DNA of 64,000 nucleotides from Patescibacteria group bacterium (GCA_041749335.1 JBGTBM010000007.1:21408-85407); one strand, 5' to 3'; shown: positions 18,696-29,871, counted from the first letter of the stretch. Translations and numbers: made by a program. Notes: a model not told the origin generated them from the letters alone.

Positions 18696-20552
18696 ATGAA
18701 AAAACCCAACAATAATTTGAAAAATTTAAAAGGATTTTCTAAAAACATTATTATTGCTTTTATCGTATTTTTAGTCGTTGCCAGCATCTTTGCGATGTAT
18801 AATACTCCCACTACGGAGCCGGAAGAAATGTCATTGGACCAGCTGGTTTCACAGGTAAATCAAGGACAGGTTAAAAAAATTGAAGTGGAGGCAGATTCTT
18901 TGAATGTTACTTTAAGTAATGATGAGACGAAAAAATCTAAAAAAGAAGAAGAGGCATCCTTAACTCAAACCTTGAGTAATTACGGAGTTGAAAAAGACAA
19001 GCTAAATAAAGTCGAAATTGTGATAAAGGATGAGTCCGGTTTTTGGTACTGGACCGGCAATCTTTTGCCTTTCATATTGCCCTTTGCTTTAATCGGCGTG
19101 TTTATTTATTTTATGGCGCGCTCAATTCAGCGGGGAAATTCGCGGGCGATGATGTTTGGCCAGAGTAAAGCCAAGCAGGTAGAACAGAAAGGCAAAAATA
19201 AATCAAACTTTAAGCAGGTTGCGGGAGCTACTGAAGCCAAGGAGGAGCTATGGGAAGTGGTGGAATTTTTAAAACATCCGAAAAAATTTAGAAACTTGGG
19301 CGCACAGATTCCCAAGGGCGTGCTTTTGATCGGACCTCCTGGCACCGGCAAGACCTTATTGGCTAGAGCGGTAGCGGGCGAAGCAGAAGTTCCTTTTTTT
19401 CATATTTCCGGATCAGAATTTGTCGAAATGTTTGTCGGTGTGGGCGCTTCGCGCGTTAGAGACTTATTTGACAAAGCAAAAAAGGCGGCGCCGGCTATTC
19501 TTTTTATTGATGAGATTGATGCGGTTGGCAGGCAAAGAGGAGCCGGCCTGGGCGGCAGCCATGATGAAAGAGAACAAACTTTAAATCAGATATTAACTGA
19601 GATGGACGGATTTGAGCAGGATACAAACGTTATAGTAATTGCGGCAACCAACCGTCCGGATGTTTTAGACCCGGCGTTGCTGCGTCCTGGGCGTTTTGAT
19701 CGGAGAGTAATGATAGATTTGCCCGATATTAAGGAGCGTGAGGCGATAATAAAAATTCATTCACAAGGAAAGCCTTTGGGCAAATCGGTTGATTTTAAAA
19801 AAATAGCTCAGCGTACACCCGGTTTTTCCGGAGCGGATATAAAAAATTTAATGAATGAGGCGGCGATTTTGGCGGCTCGGAAAAATAAAAAAGTGGTAAG
19901 TGGCCAGGATGTGTTGGATTCGATTGAAAAAGTTATGATCGGTCCGGAAAGAAAAAGCTTTGTATTATCGGAACAGGAAAAGAAAATAGCCGCTTATCAT
20001 GAAGCCGGCCATGCTTTGGTAGCCCACATGCTTCCTCATTCCGATCCGGTGCATAAAATATCAATTATATCAAGAGGGCAAGCTGCCGGTTACACTTTGA
20101 AGCTGCCGGATAAAGAAAAACATTTTCATTCCAAGCCGGAATTTATTGAAGACTTGGCGGTGCTTCTGGCGGGATATATTACCGAAAAGAAAGTTTTTGG
20201 CGAGGTAACGACCGGAGCGACATCTGATTTGCGTGAAGCTACTAAGCTGGCAAAAAAGTTAGCCACTGAATATGGCATGTCAGATGAGCTTGGTCCCAGA
20301 ACTTTTGGCCATAAGGATGATTTGGTATTTTTGGGAAAAGATATTGCCGAACAAAGAGATTATAGTGAAGAAATGGCAGCTAAAATTGATATAGAAATTA
20401 AAAAATTCATTCAAATCGGTTATGATTATGCTGAAAAAATAATCAGCGAACATCGAGATAAACTGGAACTGGTTACCAAAGAGCTGCTCGAAAAAGAAAC
20501 TCTGGAAAGAGATGATTTTGAAAAGCTGGTAGGAAAAAAAAATCAATTCTGA
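18696..20552 (+). CDS. ftsH: ATP-dependent zinc metalloprotease FtsH
   Basis: 2 [33 protein letters not shown]. Confidence 0.97.
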   Translation: MKKPNNNLKNLKGFSKNIIIAFIVFLVVASIFAMYNTPTTEPEEMSLDQLVSQVNQGQVKKIEVEADSLNVTLSNDETKKSKKEEEASLTQTLSNYGVEKDKLNKVEIVIKDESGFWYWTGNLLPFILPFALIGVFIYFMARSIQRGNSRAMMFGQSKAKQVEQKGKNKSNFKQVAGATEAKEELWEVVEFLKHPKKFRNLGAQIPKGVLLIGPPGTGKTLLARAVAGEAEVPFFHISGSEFVEMFVGVGASRVRDLFDKAKKAAPAILFIDEIDAVGRQRGAGLGGSHDEREQTLNQILTEMDGFEQDTNVIVIAATNRPDVLDPALLRPGRFDRRVMIDLPDIKEREAIIKIHSQGKPLGKSVDFKKIAQRTPGFSGADIKNLMNEAAILAARKNKKVVSGQDVLDSIEKVMIGPERKSFVLSEQEKKIAAYHEAGHALVAHMLPHSDPVHKISIISRGQAAGYTLKLPDKEKHFHSKPEFIEDLAVLLAGYITEKKVFGEVTTGATSDLREATKLAKKLATEYGMSDELGPRTFGHKDDLVFLGKDIAEQRDYSEEMAAKIDIEIKKFIQIGYDYAEKIISEHRDKLELVTKELLEKETLERDDFEKLVGKKNQF

Positions 20553-20589
20553 TGATGCCTTGTCATCAGAAAATAAATAATATAAAAAA

Positions 20590-21492
20590 ATGGACTACAT
20601 GGCTGTCGTAAAAAAGGCATTTCGAATTACCATTAAGAATAAGTATTTATGGCTTTTTGGTTTTTTTGCCGGGGCTTCGGGAGGCAGTTATAATTTATAT
20701 TCCGGCGGAAGCGGCAGCGGATCTGATTATCGCGGAAAATCTGATTATAGCTTTGAGCAATTTGGAGCTGATATAAAAAACTTTTTTCTAGATCATTGGA
20801 CTTTGATTGTTAGTCTAACAGTTTTGTTTATAGGAATTATATTGTTTTTTATGGTGATGCAGATTTTGTCCCAAGGAGCTTTGATAGGAGCGGTAAACAA
20901 AATTGATAGCGCCAAGAGTTCAAGCCTACGTGATGGATTTAAAATCGGCAGAAAATATTTTTGGCGAATATTGGGCTTAGGATTTTTAACTGGCCTGGCA
21001 GTTTTTTTGGCGCTGATGATTTTAGGGACGCCGATTATATTTTTGTTTATCTATAAAATGTATGTAAGAGGAATAATCCTTGTCTTACTTGGCTTGGCCA
21101 TATTTATTCCTTTAAGTATTGTAGTGAATTATGTGACAGTGTATGGATATCGCTATATAGTTTTATATGATAATAAAATTATCCAAGCTTTAAAGTCAGC
21201 TTTTGATTTGTTTATCAAAAATATTTGGCAGAGCATTGTGTTTAGCTTGATACTGTTTTTAGTGGGAATTGCTACTGTGATCGCAACATTTATTATATTA
21301 TTTGCAATTGCCATCCCTTTTATCATTTTGGGATTTTTGGCGTATTTTGTCGCACAATGGATTGGAGCTGTTATTGTGAGCGGTTTAGCATTTGCCATAT
21401 TTATTGGGCTAATGTTTGTTCTAGGCGCAATTATGGCGACTTTTCAATCAAGCTTATGGACGCTGGCTTTTAAAGATTTAATTAAAAGATAA
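20590..21492 (+). CDS. Polytopic membrane protein of unknown function
   Basis: About 6 TM helices; LWLFGFFAG and G.KYFWRILG motifs. Confidence 0.75.
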   Translation: MDYMAVVKKAFRITIKNKYLWLFGFFAGASGGSYNLYSGGSGSGSDYRGKSDYSFEQFGADIKNFFLDHWTLIVSLTVLFIGIILFFMVMQILSQGALIGAVNKIDSAKSSSLRDGFKIGRKYFWRILGLGFLTGLAVFLALMILGTPIIFLFIYKMYVRGIILVLLGLAIFIPLSIVVNYVTVYGYRYIVLYDNKIIQALKSAFDLFIKNIWQSIVFSLILFLVGIATVIATFIILFAIAIPFIILGFLAYFVAQWIGAVIVSGLAFAIFIGLMFVLGAIMATFQSSLWTLAFKDLIKR

Positions 21493-21499
21493 TAAAATA

Positions 21500-22288
21500 A
21501 TGAAAGTAATATTTTTTGGAGATATTGTCGGCAAAGCAGGCAGAAAAGCAATAAAAAAAGTATTGCCTGAATTGATCAAAGATATTAAACCTGATTTTGT
21601 AATAGGCAATATTGAAAATTTAGCGCATGGCAAAGGAATTACCGAAAAAACAGTTGCGGAAATGGAAAATGCAGGCATTAATGCCTTTACTTCCGGCAAT
21701 CATATTTTTCAAAGAAAAGAAGGAATTGAATTATTGAAAATTCATGATACCAATATTTTACGTCCGGCGAACTATCCTCCTGATGCTCCGGGCATTGGAT
21801 TTAAATTGTTTCCCATCAGGACTAAAAATATATTATTGATAAATATTATCGGTCGGGTATTTTTTCGGGAAGACTATGATTGTCCTTTTCGCATTGTAGA
21901 TGAAATTATTAAAAACAATCAAGCGGAAGCAGACGTTATTTTAGTAGATTTTCATAAGGAAGCTACCAGCGAAAGCAGGGCTATGGCTCATTATTTGAGC
22001 GGTAGAGTGGGCGCTTTATTGGGCACGCATACCCATATACCTACTGCTGACGCGCAAGTATTGAAAAAGGGGACTGCCTATATTACCGATGTCGGCATGG
22101 TGGGGATAAAAGATTCGGTTTTGGGGGTAGAAAATAATTCGGTTCTGGAACATTTTTTAACCCAGATGCCATTTGAATATAATATTGTTGAGGAAGGACT
22201 AGCAGAAGTAAATTATGTTATAATAGAATTTGGCAGTAACGGAAAGGCTAAGAGCATAGAAAAATGTTGCCGGGAAATTGAAGTCTAA
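21500..22288 (+). CDS. ymdB: YmdB-like metallophosphoesterase (TIGR00282 family)
   Basis: FGDIVGKAGR, N.EN.AHGKG, TSGNH, RPANYP, DFH.EATSE, GTHTH.PTAD, TDVGM.G. Confidence 0.92.
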   Translation: MKVIFFGDIVGKAGRKAIKKVLPELIKDIKPDFVIGNIENLAHGKGITEKTVAEMENAGINAFTSGNHIFQRKEGIELLKIHDTNILRPANYPPDAPGIGFKLFPIRTKNILLINIIGRVFFREDYDCPFRIVDEIIKNNQAEADVILVDFHKEATSESRAMAHYLSGRVGALLGTHTHIPTADAQVLKKGTAYITDVGMVGIKDSVLGVENNSVLEHFLTQMPFEYNIVEEGLAEVNYVIIEFGSNGKAKSIEKCCREIEV

Positions 22289-22407
22289 AAAACAATCTTT
22301 AATAATAAGCAAAATTAAAAGAATATTTATAAGAATTGCCCGCAAGGCAATTTTTTATTTTTTTATACTAATAATAATGTTATTATAAAGAAAATAATAA
22401 ATATAAA

Positions 22408-23514
22408 ATGTTAAAAAATAAAATTCAAAATGAAGTATCTGAATTAAGGAGGGATCCTGTTTCGGGCGAGTGGGTTCTTATCGCCACCCCTCGCAGCAAA
22501 AGGCCCAGCGCCTATAAAGAAAAAAGAAAAAATGTAGTTCAACCGCGGGGAGCATGCCCTTTTTGCAATTTAGAAAAATCAGGCACTAAAGAATTTACTT
22601 TACTAAATCCGCTTGATAAAAGATCTAATTATGCGAAGCAATTAATAAAAGACGGGGATTTGCAGGAGATGCAGGGTAAAAATTGGAGCCTGATAGTGGT
22701 ACCCAATAAATATCCGGCTTTAATTCCAGGTAAAAAATTAATAAAACGCAGAGAGGGCATGCACGATGTGTTGCCTGGTAGGGGGTATCATGAAGTATTA
22801 ATCACAGCCTCCCATGAGATGGATATCGGCAGAATGCCATTGGATAGAGTTGAAGAAGTGATGCATGCTTATCGGCAAAGATGTATTGATTTGTGTGAAG
22901 ATCGTTCCGTAAAATACATTTCGTTATTTCACAATCATGGCCGGGAAGCAGGCGCTTCTTTATCTCATCCTCATTCACAAATATTGGCAATTCCGGTAAT
23001 ACCGCGAGATGTGAGAAATTCATTAAATGGTTCAAAAAAATACTTTTTGAAAAATAAACGTTGCGTGCATTGCGACATGATGAAATGGGAGAAAAAAAAG
23101 AAAGCTAGAATTGTCTATGAAAATAAAGATTTTCTGGTTTTATGTCCTTTTGGCTCTTCGGTCGCTTTTGAAATAAGGATATATCCCAAAAAACACAGTT
23201 CATACTTTGAGGAAATTACCGCACAACAAATTAAAAACCTGGCCAAATGCTTTAAGATTACTTTAAACAAAATGTATAAGGCATTGGGGAACCCGGCCTT
23301 CAATTTCTTTTTACATACCGCGCCTTGCGATGGAGTAATAGGAAAAGTCGATAAAATTAAAAGAAAAAATAAAGATTATAATCACTATCACTGGCATTTT
23401 GAGATCGATCCGAAATTATCTATCTGGGCCGGCTTTGAATTATCTACCGGTATGGAAATAAGTACTGTCCCTCCGGAATTTGCGGCTGAAACTTTAAGAA
23501 AGACGAAGATTTAA
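22408..23514 (+). CDS. galT: Galactose-1-phosphate uridylyltransferase-like HIT-superfamily protein
   Basis: SELRRDPV.GEWV, CPFC, VPNKYPAL, NHGREAGASLSHPHSQ, HWHFEI, AGFELSTG. Confidence 0.85.
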   Translation: MLKNKIQNEVSELRRDPVSGEWVLIATPRSKRPSAYKEKRKNVVQPRGACPFCNLEKSGTKEFTLLNPLDKRSNYAKQLIKDGDLQEMQGKNWSLIVVPNKYPALIPGKKLIKRREGMHDVLPGRGYHEVLITASHEMDIGRMPLDRVEEVMHAYRQRCIDLCEDRSVKYISLFHNHGREAGASLSHPHSQILAIPVIPRDVRNSLNGSKKYFLKNKRCVHCDMMKWEKKKKARIVYENKDFLVLCPFGSSVAFEIRIYPKKHSSYFEEITAQQIKNLAKCFKITLNKMYKALGNPAFNFFLHTAPCDGVIGKVDKIKRKNKDYNHYHWHFEIDPKLSIWAGFELSTGMEISTVPPEFAAETLRKTKI

Positions 23515-23574
23515 AGTATGAGTATTAGTCAGTTAGTAAATCAGCTGATTAGCTTGTTAGATAAAAAATATAAA

Positions 23575-23598
23575 AAAACCACCATGGCGGTGGTTTTT
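23575..23598. terminator. Bidirectional terminator
   Basis: aaaaaaccacc-atggc-ggtggttttt between convergent genes. Confidence 0.75.
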
Positions 23599-23643
23599 GA
23601 GTATGAATAATTCGCAAAAAATTAGTGTTAGATTCGCGACCTC

Positions 23644-24099
23644 TTACTTCGCTTTTACCTGAATTTTAGTAGTTTTGGACTTCTTCGCTTTGGGCAGTAA
23701 AATCGTAAGTATTCCATTTTTCAAATCCGCATCGGCTTTATCTACTACTACATCTACCGGCAAAATAACCGAGCGGGAAAATGCTCCCCAATAACATTCC
23801 TGATAATAATAATTATCTTCGGTTACCACTTCGCCGCTTTTTCGCTCTCCCTTGATAGTCACCATATCGTTATCAATCGAAATATTAATATTTTCCGGCG
23901 AAACTCCGGCAATTGCAGACTTAATGACAATATTGTCGTCAGTTTGAAAAACGTCAATAGCCAGCTGTCCTTCATATCCCGAGGACCAATCATCAGTCTT
24001 ATTTTCCAAAGACTCGTTGGCGGAGATAGTTTCCGGCTTGATCTCTTGTGGCTGCTGATCTTTATCCTTCTTTTTAGATTTTTTAAATATATTAATCAT
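23644..24099 (-). CDS. Hsp20/alpha-crystallin small heat-shock protein
   Basis: EGQLAIDVFQT, IAGV, ECYWGAFSRSVILP, A.LKNGILTI.LPK. Confidence 0.93.
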   Translation of the reverse strand: MINIFKKSKKKDKDQQPQEIKPETISANESLENKTDDWSSGYEGQLAIDVFQTDDNIVIKSAIAGVSPENINISIDNDMVTIKGERKSGEVVTEDNYYYQECYWGAFSRSVILPVDVVVDKADADLKNGILTILLPKAKKSKTTKIQVKAK

Positions 24100-24190
24100 T
24101 TTGATATATTAATTAATATGCATTATATAATAATTTTAGATATATATCAAATATCAAAAATTGATATTTTGAACCATTTATACACAACCA

Positions 24191-24892
24191 TTATTTATCA
24201 ATTCTGATTGTTTTTAATTCTTTTATTCCTCGAGACAGCATGAAATACATAACAATGATAATTAATGCTATCAAAAATATTGTTAAAGAGGTTTTAGTCC
24301 CGGCTACGATATTATAAAGCCCATGAAGCAGCGAGGCAATAATTAAGCCTTGCGCGATAAAATATTTTTTCTTCTTGGGGGAATATTTTTGCTGTTCTTT
24401 GCCAAACTTTAATAAACCCAGATAATATCCGACGATGCCGGAGGCGATAGCGTGCATTAAAGTGGCGGTGGCAAATCTTAGTAGAATCGCATTATGGCCG
24501 TCGGAAAAAATCACTAAGATATTTTCCAATGAGGCAAATCCCAAGGCGGCTACCACGGCGTAAATAACTCCATCTACCGGTTCGTCAAAAGCCGCATGAT
24601 CGTATATTTTTTCTTTGACTACAAAATATTTTAAAAGTTCTTCAATGGGCGCTACGATAAAGAGCGAGCTTACGATAATAATCAAGAGATTGCTGGAACG
24701 AGAATAGGGGAAAAAGTAATCAATGGCAAGCTCCAGTCCGATGGCGGGTATGGTAATAAGCATTCCCCAGACAAAAATTTTTATAATTAGCTTCAGTGGC
24801 TCGGGATTTTTTTTATCCTTGCGACGATAAAACCAGACCCAAAATAGTCCGGGAATTAATGCTATTAAAATGTACCAAATAATTATTAACAT
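24191..24892 (-). CDS. PrsW-family intramembrane protease
   Basis: D..NPEP, APIEELLK, DG.IYA...ALGFA.LEN, MHA, LHGLYN. Confidence 0.9.
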   Translation of the reverse strand: MLIIIWYILIALIPGLFWVWFYRRKDKKNPEPLKLIIKIFVWGMLITIPAIGLELAIDYFFPYSRSSNLLIIIVSSLFIVAPIEELLKYFVVKEKIYDHAAFDEPVDGVIYAVVAALGFASLENILVIFSDGHNAILLRFATATLMHAIASGIVGYYLGLLKFGKEQQKYSPKKKKYFIAQGLIIASLLHGLYNIVAGTKTSLTIFLIALIIIVMYFMLSRGIKELKTIRIDK

Positions 24893-24941
24893 TTATTAAT
24901 AAAGCAAGCATCCTTGTAAAAAAGAAAAATGTGTTTTGTAT

Positions 24942-25400
24942 TTAACTGATTTCTTTGCCGAGTTCTTTTAATTTTTCCGCTGTCGGATTGAATAATTCTT
25001 TTACCAGCGAATGATAATATATTGCGTTTATATTGTTATCCTTACAATAGTTTATCGCCTCGCTGGTTTCAGATCCCATGTCAATCCAGATCATAGACGC
25101 ACCTTGTTTTAGAGCATTTTTCAAAGCCTCTAGAGTATTTTCGGGTTTAGTCACCAAGCAAACAACGTCGGGCTCTTCCGGTAGAGATTTAAGGTCGGGA
25201 TAAATTTTATCGCCGTCAATTTCATTTTCTGAATTCAGCGCATAAACCTTTAATCCTTCTTTTTTTAAAGCTTCATATACGGCATAACTAAGCGATGATG
25301 GGTCCGGATCTATGCCATAAATTGCAAAAACATTATCTCGCTTAATAAAATCAGGCATGGTTTTATTAAAGCTGGGGAATAGAGTATAAATATCTGTCAT
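24942..25400 (-). CDS. CoA-binding (YccU-like) protein
   Basis: FAIYG, KVYALN, IDGDKIYPDLKSLPEEPDVV, IW.D.GSE. Confidence 0.8.
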   Translation of the reverse strand: MTDIYTLFPSFNKTMPDFIKRDNVFAIYGIDPDPSSLSYAVYEALKKEGLKVYALNSENEIDGDKIYPDLKSLPEEPDVVCLVTKPENTLEALKNALKQGASMIWIDMGSETSEAINYCKDNNINAIYYHSLVKELFNPTAEKLKELGKEIS

Positions 25401-25723
25401 AGTAATATTTTATCAAGCGTTTCTTTGATAACCTCTTTATCGACCGAGCCGATTTTTTGGTCAACTTGTTTGCCGTCTTTAAAAAATAAAAGATTGGGAA
25501 TGCTCATGACGCCGTAAGTACCGGCTAGTTCTTTGGCCTCATCAATATTTACTTTAACAACATTTATTTTGTCTTCATACTCTTTAGCCAATTCTTCAAT
25601 AATAGGCGCTACCATTTGGCAAGGGCCGCACCAAGGAGCCCAGAAATCAACCAAAGAAGGAAGTTTTCCCTTGATTACTTCTATTTCAAATTCTTCCGCG
25701 CTGGTTATGTTTTTTTCCGGCAT
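25397..25723 (-). CDS. trxA: Thioredoxin
   Basis: VDFWAPWCGPC, VMSIP. Confidence 0.96.
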   Translation of the reverse strand: MPEKNITSAEEFEIEVIKGKLPSLVDFWAPWCGPCQMVAPIIEELAKEYEDKINVVKVNIDEAKELAGTYGVMSIPNLLFFKDGKQVDQKIGSVDKEVIKETLDKILL

Positions 25724-25791
25724 AGCTATTTTGTTATTTAATTAACTTGATATTTATATATTAACACAAAAATATATTTTTATAAATTTAA

Positions 25792-26235
25792 CTAAAATTC
25801 TGTCCCAAAAGTCAATTGTCTGCTTTCCTTTCCGAGGTATTTAAATTCTACTCTGATGTTTTTTTGCGCGGGAATGAATTGCTTGGCTTTTTGCGCCCAT
25901 TCGATAATAACAATATTTTCGGGAGATTTAATGATTTCATAGAATCCCAGATCAAGCAATTCTTGCTCATCTGTGATGCGATAAAGATCAAAATGGTACA
26001 GCCATTTAATATTATTAATTTTCACCGCAAATTTTTTTAAAATAACAAAAGTGGGGCTGACGATTGGTTCCTTGATGCCTAAACCCTCGGCCACTCCCTG
26101 CGTAAAAGTTGTTTTGCCTCCGCCGAGGTCGCCAATCAGGCTTATTATTTCACCGCCTCGTAATTCAGCCGCCAGTATTTTTCCAAGCCGCTGAGTTTCC
26201 TTAGCGTTTTTGGTGATAAAGCTAATTTTTTCCAT
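25792..26235 (-). CDS. tsaE: tRNA t6A biosynthesis ATPase TsaE
   Basis: GDLGGGKTTF, SPTF, HFDLYRI, IIEWA. Confidence 0.95.
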   Translation of the reverse strand: MEKISFITKNAKETQRLGKILAAELRGGEIISLIGDLGGGKTTFTQGVAEGLGIKEPIVSPTFVILKKFAVKINNIKWLYHFDLYRITDEQELLDLGFYEIIKSPENIVIIEWAQKAKQFIPAQKNIRVEFKYLGKESRQLTFGTEF

Positions 26236-26238
26236 AAA

Positions 26239-27033
26239 TTAAAGCCACTGGATAGTCAATAATAAAATACCAATAGTAATTACATAATAAGCAAAAATAT
26301 TCAGCTTATGATTTTTTAGAAAACGCATTAAATATTTTATACTTAGGTATCCTAATATAAAAGAGGTGATAAATCCCATTAGCAAAGCGGGAAAATTAAT
26401 GAAGTGATTGGAGTTTTCGAATAAATCAAATAATCCATAAATGGAAGCGCCGGAAATTGCAATCGTCGCCATTAAAAATGAAAATCTGGTACTCTCGGTT
26501 CTTTTTATGGAGCGGAAAAGTCCGGCGGAAATTGTCATGCCTGATCTGGATATACCGGGCAATAAAGACAAAACTTGCACCAGCCCGATAACGAGCGCAT
26601 CCTTCCAATTAATTTCTGATAAATTCTTTTTTTTAAGTTTTATATTATTGTATTTTTCCGCTGCTAAAAAAACCAAGCCGATAATAACCAGAAATACTGA
26701 CACCCAAAGAATATCTCTAAAAATTGAATTAATAAAATCATTCAGAAAAAATCCGGCAATGAAAGTGGGGATGGTGGCAATGATCAGCAGCCATAATAAA
26801 TTGTTTTTTTCGCCGCGCTTAATCAAGCTCTGAAAAATATTTATCCAATCTTTGCGAAAATATATTATTACTGCCAGCAGGGTGCCTAAATGTAAAATAA
26901 TATCAAAAACTACGCCAGGATCATCCCACCCAAAAAGTTTTCTAACTAAAATTAAATGTCCGGAGCTGGAGATTGGAATAAATTCGGTTAATCCTTGCAC
27001 CGCGCCTAAGATAATACCTTGAATAATTTCCAT
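26239..27033 (-). CDS. uppP: Undecaprenyl-diphosphate phosphatase
   Basis: QGLTEFIPISSSGHL, HLGT, PGISRSG.TI. Confidence 0.95.
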   Translation of the reverse strand: MEIIQGIILGAVQGLTEFIPISSSGHLILVRKLFGWDDPGVVFDIILHLGTLLAVIIYFRKDWINIFQSLIKRGEKNNLLWLLIIATIPTFIAGFFLNDFINSIFRDILWVSVFLVIIGLVFLAAEKYNNIKLKKKNLSEINWKDALVIGLVQVLSLLPGISRSGMTISAGLFRSIKRTESTRFSFLMATIAISGASIYGLFDLFENSNHFINFPALLMGFITSFILGYLSIKYLMRFLKNHKLNIFAYYVITIGILLLTIQWL

Positions 27034-27187
27034 ATGATTTTTATAATATTTTGCTCTATTGTATCAAACGAGCTTGATAAAATCTAGCAATTATAAATAT
27101 TTACCGGAGTATAAATTTATAAAAATAAGCTTTGGAAGATCAAGCAGAATTATTCAAAATATTCTTAAAATAATATCTTGTAATTAA

Positions 27188-27196
27188 TTATCCACA
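27188..27196 (+). promoter_or_regulatory. Perfect DnaA box
   Basis: TTATCCACA in the uppP/DHH divergent intergenic region. Confidence 0.4.
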
Positions 27197-27268
27197 TTTT
27201 TAACCCGGGCGTATTTGACGATTTAGGCGCGGCGAGTTACTATATTCTGATATAAAAAATATAAATTA

Positions 27269-28417
27269 ATGGCACTGTCTGCAAAACAACAAATATTTGA
27301 GGCGATAAAAAAAAGTAAAAAACTGCTACTTACGACTCAAGAGTCTCCCAGCGAAGACGCGGTGAGTGCCTTGGCTGCTTTGGGTTTATACCTTGAAAAA
27401 AACGGAAAAGAAGCCGACATGATAATTAGCGGCGCTATCCCGGAAGTTTTAAAGTTTTTGCCGCAGATTGATAAAATAAAAAAAGATTTGGCTACCAATA
27501 AAAATTTTGTCATCTCTTTGGATACCTCGGAAATTAATGTGGAGCAATTCAGTTATGATTTTGATAAAGATAACAAAAAACTAAACATTTACATTACTCC
27601 TGAAGGCGGCGTTTTTACCAAGGAGCATATTTCCACCAACCTTTTAGGCTTTGGCTATGATACTATTATTGTTTTGAATTGCAGTGATTTTGAAAAAATA
27701 GGGAAAATTTATACTAAAAATTCAGACTTATTTTATGAAACAGAAGTAATAAATTTAGACTATAACAGCGCCAATGAGCAATATGGAGAAGTAAATTTAA
27801 TTAATCCTACCGCCTCTTCTGTTTCCGAGGTGGTTTACGACTTATTGGAAACGATCGACGAAAAATCGATCGATAAAAATATTGCCACCTGTCTTTTGGC
27901 CGGAATTATTTCTGCGACGAAAAGCTTTCAGGCGGCAAACGCCACTCCGCAGTCATTTGCCGTTTCAGCAAAACTTATTTCTTGCGGCGCTGACAGGCAA
28001 ATGGTGATTAATAATCTATACAAAAATAAATCGCTCTCTACTCTTAAGCTCTGGGGGCGAGTTTTAGCTCGAGTTAAATATGATTCAGAAGCAAAAGTCG
28101 CTTGGAGCTTAATTTCACAGAAGGACTTTATTAATTCCGGCGCGCAGATTAAAGATTTGGACGGCATTGCCGATGAAATAATGGGAAGCGTTAATGATGC
28201 CGATATGTCCGTAGTTATTTATGAATCATACGAAAATGGTGGTCCGAAGAACATCAAGGTTATAGCTAGAGCAAATAAAAATAATATTTTAGAGCAATTT
28301 TCCAAAGCGTTTAACGTTATTCCTAAAAACGGGCTGATTAAAATCAAAGTGGATAATAAAAATCTACTGGCGGTGGAAAAAGATTTAATGACCAAAATTA
28401 AAAGTTTTCCCAAATAA
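27269..28417 (+). CDS. Degenerate DHH-family protein
   Basis: DHH layout (ASSVSE, IATCLLAGI...TKSFQ, LKLWGRVL) but catalytic DHH and GGGH motifs missing. Confidence 0.75.
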   Translation: MALSAKQQIFEAIKKSKKLLLTTQESPSEDAVSALAALGLYLEKNGKEADMIISGAIPEVLKFLPQIDKIKKDLATNKNFVISLDTSEINVEQFSYDFDKDNKKLNIYITPEGGVFTKEHISTNLLGFGYDTIIVLNCSDFEKIGKIYTKNSDLFYETEVINLDYNSANEQYGEVNLINPTASSVSEVVYDLLETIDEKSIDKNIATCLLAGIISATKSFQAANATPQSFAVSAKLISCGADRQMVINNLYKNKSLSTLKLWGRVLARVKYDSEAKVAWSLISQKDFINSGAQIKDLDGIADEIMGSVNDADMSVVIYESYENGGPKNIKVIARANKNNILEQFSKAFNVIPKNGLIKIKVDNKNLLAVEKDLMTKIKSFPK

Positions 28418-28557
28418 TAAAAAAAATAAAATCAGGCGCTATTTTTCGCACCTTTTTTAGTATTTTTAACCGTTGATAAAATTATAAACAATTTATGCGA
28501 TTGATATTAATCATAAAAGATTTATAATTTAATAAGTTTAAATAATTATAAAAAAAA

Positions 28558-29871
28558 ATGAAACAAAATCCATATAAAAATGCGCTTATTCAGCTGGACA
28601 ACATTGCAAAAAAAATCAAGCTTGATCGCAACACTTATTCAATATTAAAAAATCCGCAAAGAGTGGTTACGCTTTCTATCCCGGTAAAAATGGATTCTGG
28701 CGAGATAAAAATATTTGAAGGATATCGAGTGCAGCATAATAATGCGCGCGGGCCATATAAGGGCGGAGTCAGGTATTTTCCTCAAGTGGACTTAGATGAA
28801 GTAAAAGCTTTGGCGCTCTGGATGTCTTTAAAATGCGCCGTGGTTGGTATTCCTTTAGGCGGAGGCAAGGGCGGCATTATAGTAGATTCGGAAAAATTAT
28901 CTGTAGGAGAATTAGAAAGGCTTTCCCGCGGATATGTTCGCGCCGCTTTTGATATTTTTGGACCTAATATCGATATTCCTGCTCCGGACGTATGTACTAC
29001 GCCGCAGATTATGGATTGGTTTGTAGACGAATATCGCCAGATAAAATCTTATAGAATGGGCAAGAAGACTATAGCCAAAAAAGAATATTTACCAACATTT
29101 ACTGGCAAATCTTTGAAAAATGGCGGATCAGTAGGCCGAGAAACGTCAACTTCTTTAGGCGGTGCCTATTGTTTGCTCGAAGCGGTTAAAAAATATCAAA
29201 TCAAGGGCAAGAGAGTAGCCGTGCAAGGTTTTGGTAATGTTGGTTATAATATTGCGCAAATATTATATAATCTGGGCTTTAAGATTGTGGCGGTAAGCGA
29301 TTCAAGCAAGGCAATATATTGCGACCAGGGTCTGGATCCGAAGAAGGTAATGGACTTTAAAAATAAATACGGCTATGTTGGCTGTTGCGAGTGTAAAACG
29401 CAAGGCAAAAAATCTTGCCAATGTGAAGATAATTGCGATTGTGATGAAATCAGTAATATTAAATTAAATGAATTATTATTAACCGATGTTGATATATTGG
29501 TGCCGGCAGCGCTGGAAAATCAAATCACCAAAGAAAATGCCGCCAAAATAAAAGCTAAATTGATATTGGAACTTGCCAACGGCCCAATAACTCCGGATGC
29601 GGATTTAATTCTTAAAAAGAAGAAAGTGGTATTTATACCGGATATTTTAGCGAACGCGGGCGGAGTAGCAGGCAGTTATTTTGAGTGGCTGCAAAACATG
29701 TACGGAGAGAAATGGAAAGAAGATAAATTTACCAAAAAGCTTAAAATTATTATGTTAAAATCTTTTCGGGATGTTTATGATCGATCAATCAAGTACAGGG
29801 TGGATTTAAGGATTGCGGCCGGAATTTTGGCGGTAGAAAGACTAAGGGACGCGATAAAAAAGACTATATAG
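28558..29871 (+). CDS. gdhA: Glu/Leu/Phe/Val dehydrogenase (glutamate dehydrogenase)
   Basis: GYRVQHN.ARGPYKGG.R, GGGKGG, DIPAPDV, QGFGNVG, ELANGP, PDILANAGGV..SYFEW.QN. Confidence 0.92.
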   Translation: MKQNPYKNALIQLDNIAKKIKLDRNTYSILKNPQRVVTLSIPVKMDSGEIKIFEGYRVQHNNARGPYKGGVRYFPQVDLDEVKALALWMSLKCAVVGIPLGGGKGGIIVDSEKLSVGELERLSRGYVRAAFDIFGPNIDIPAPDVCTTPQIMDWFVDEYRQIKSYRMGKKTIAKKEYLPTFTGKSLKNGGSVGRETSTSLGGAYCLLEAVKKYQIKGKRVAVQGFGNVGYNIAQILYNLGFKIVAVSDSSKAIYCDQGLDPKKVMDFKNKYGYVGCCECKTQGKKSCQCEDNCDCDEISNIKLNELLLTDVDILVPAALENQITKENAAKIKAKLILELANGPITPDADLILKKKKVVFIPDILANAGGVAGSYFEWLQNMYGEKWKEDKFTKKLKIIMLKSFRDVYDRSIKYRVDLRIAAGILAVERLRDAIKKTI

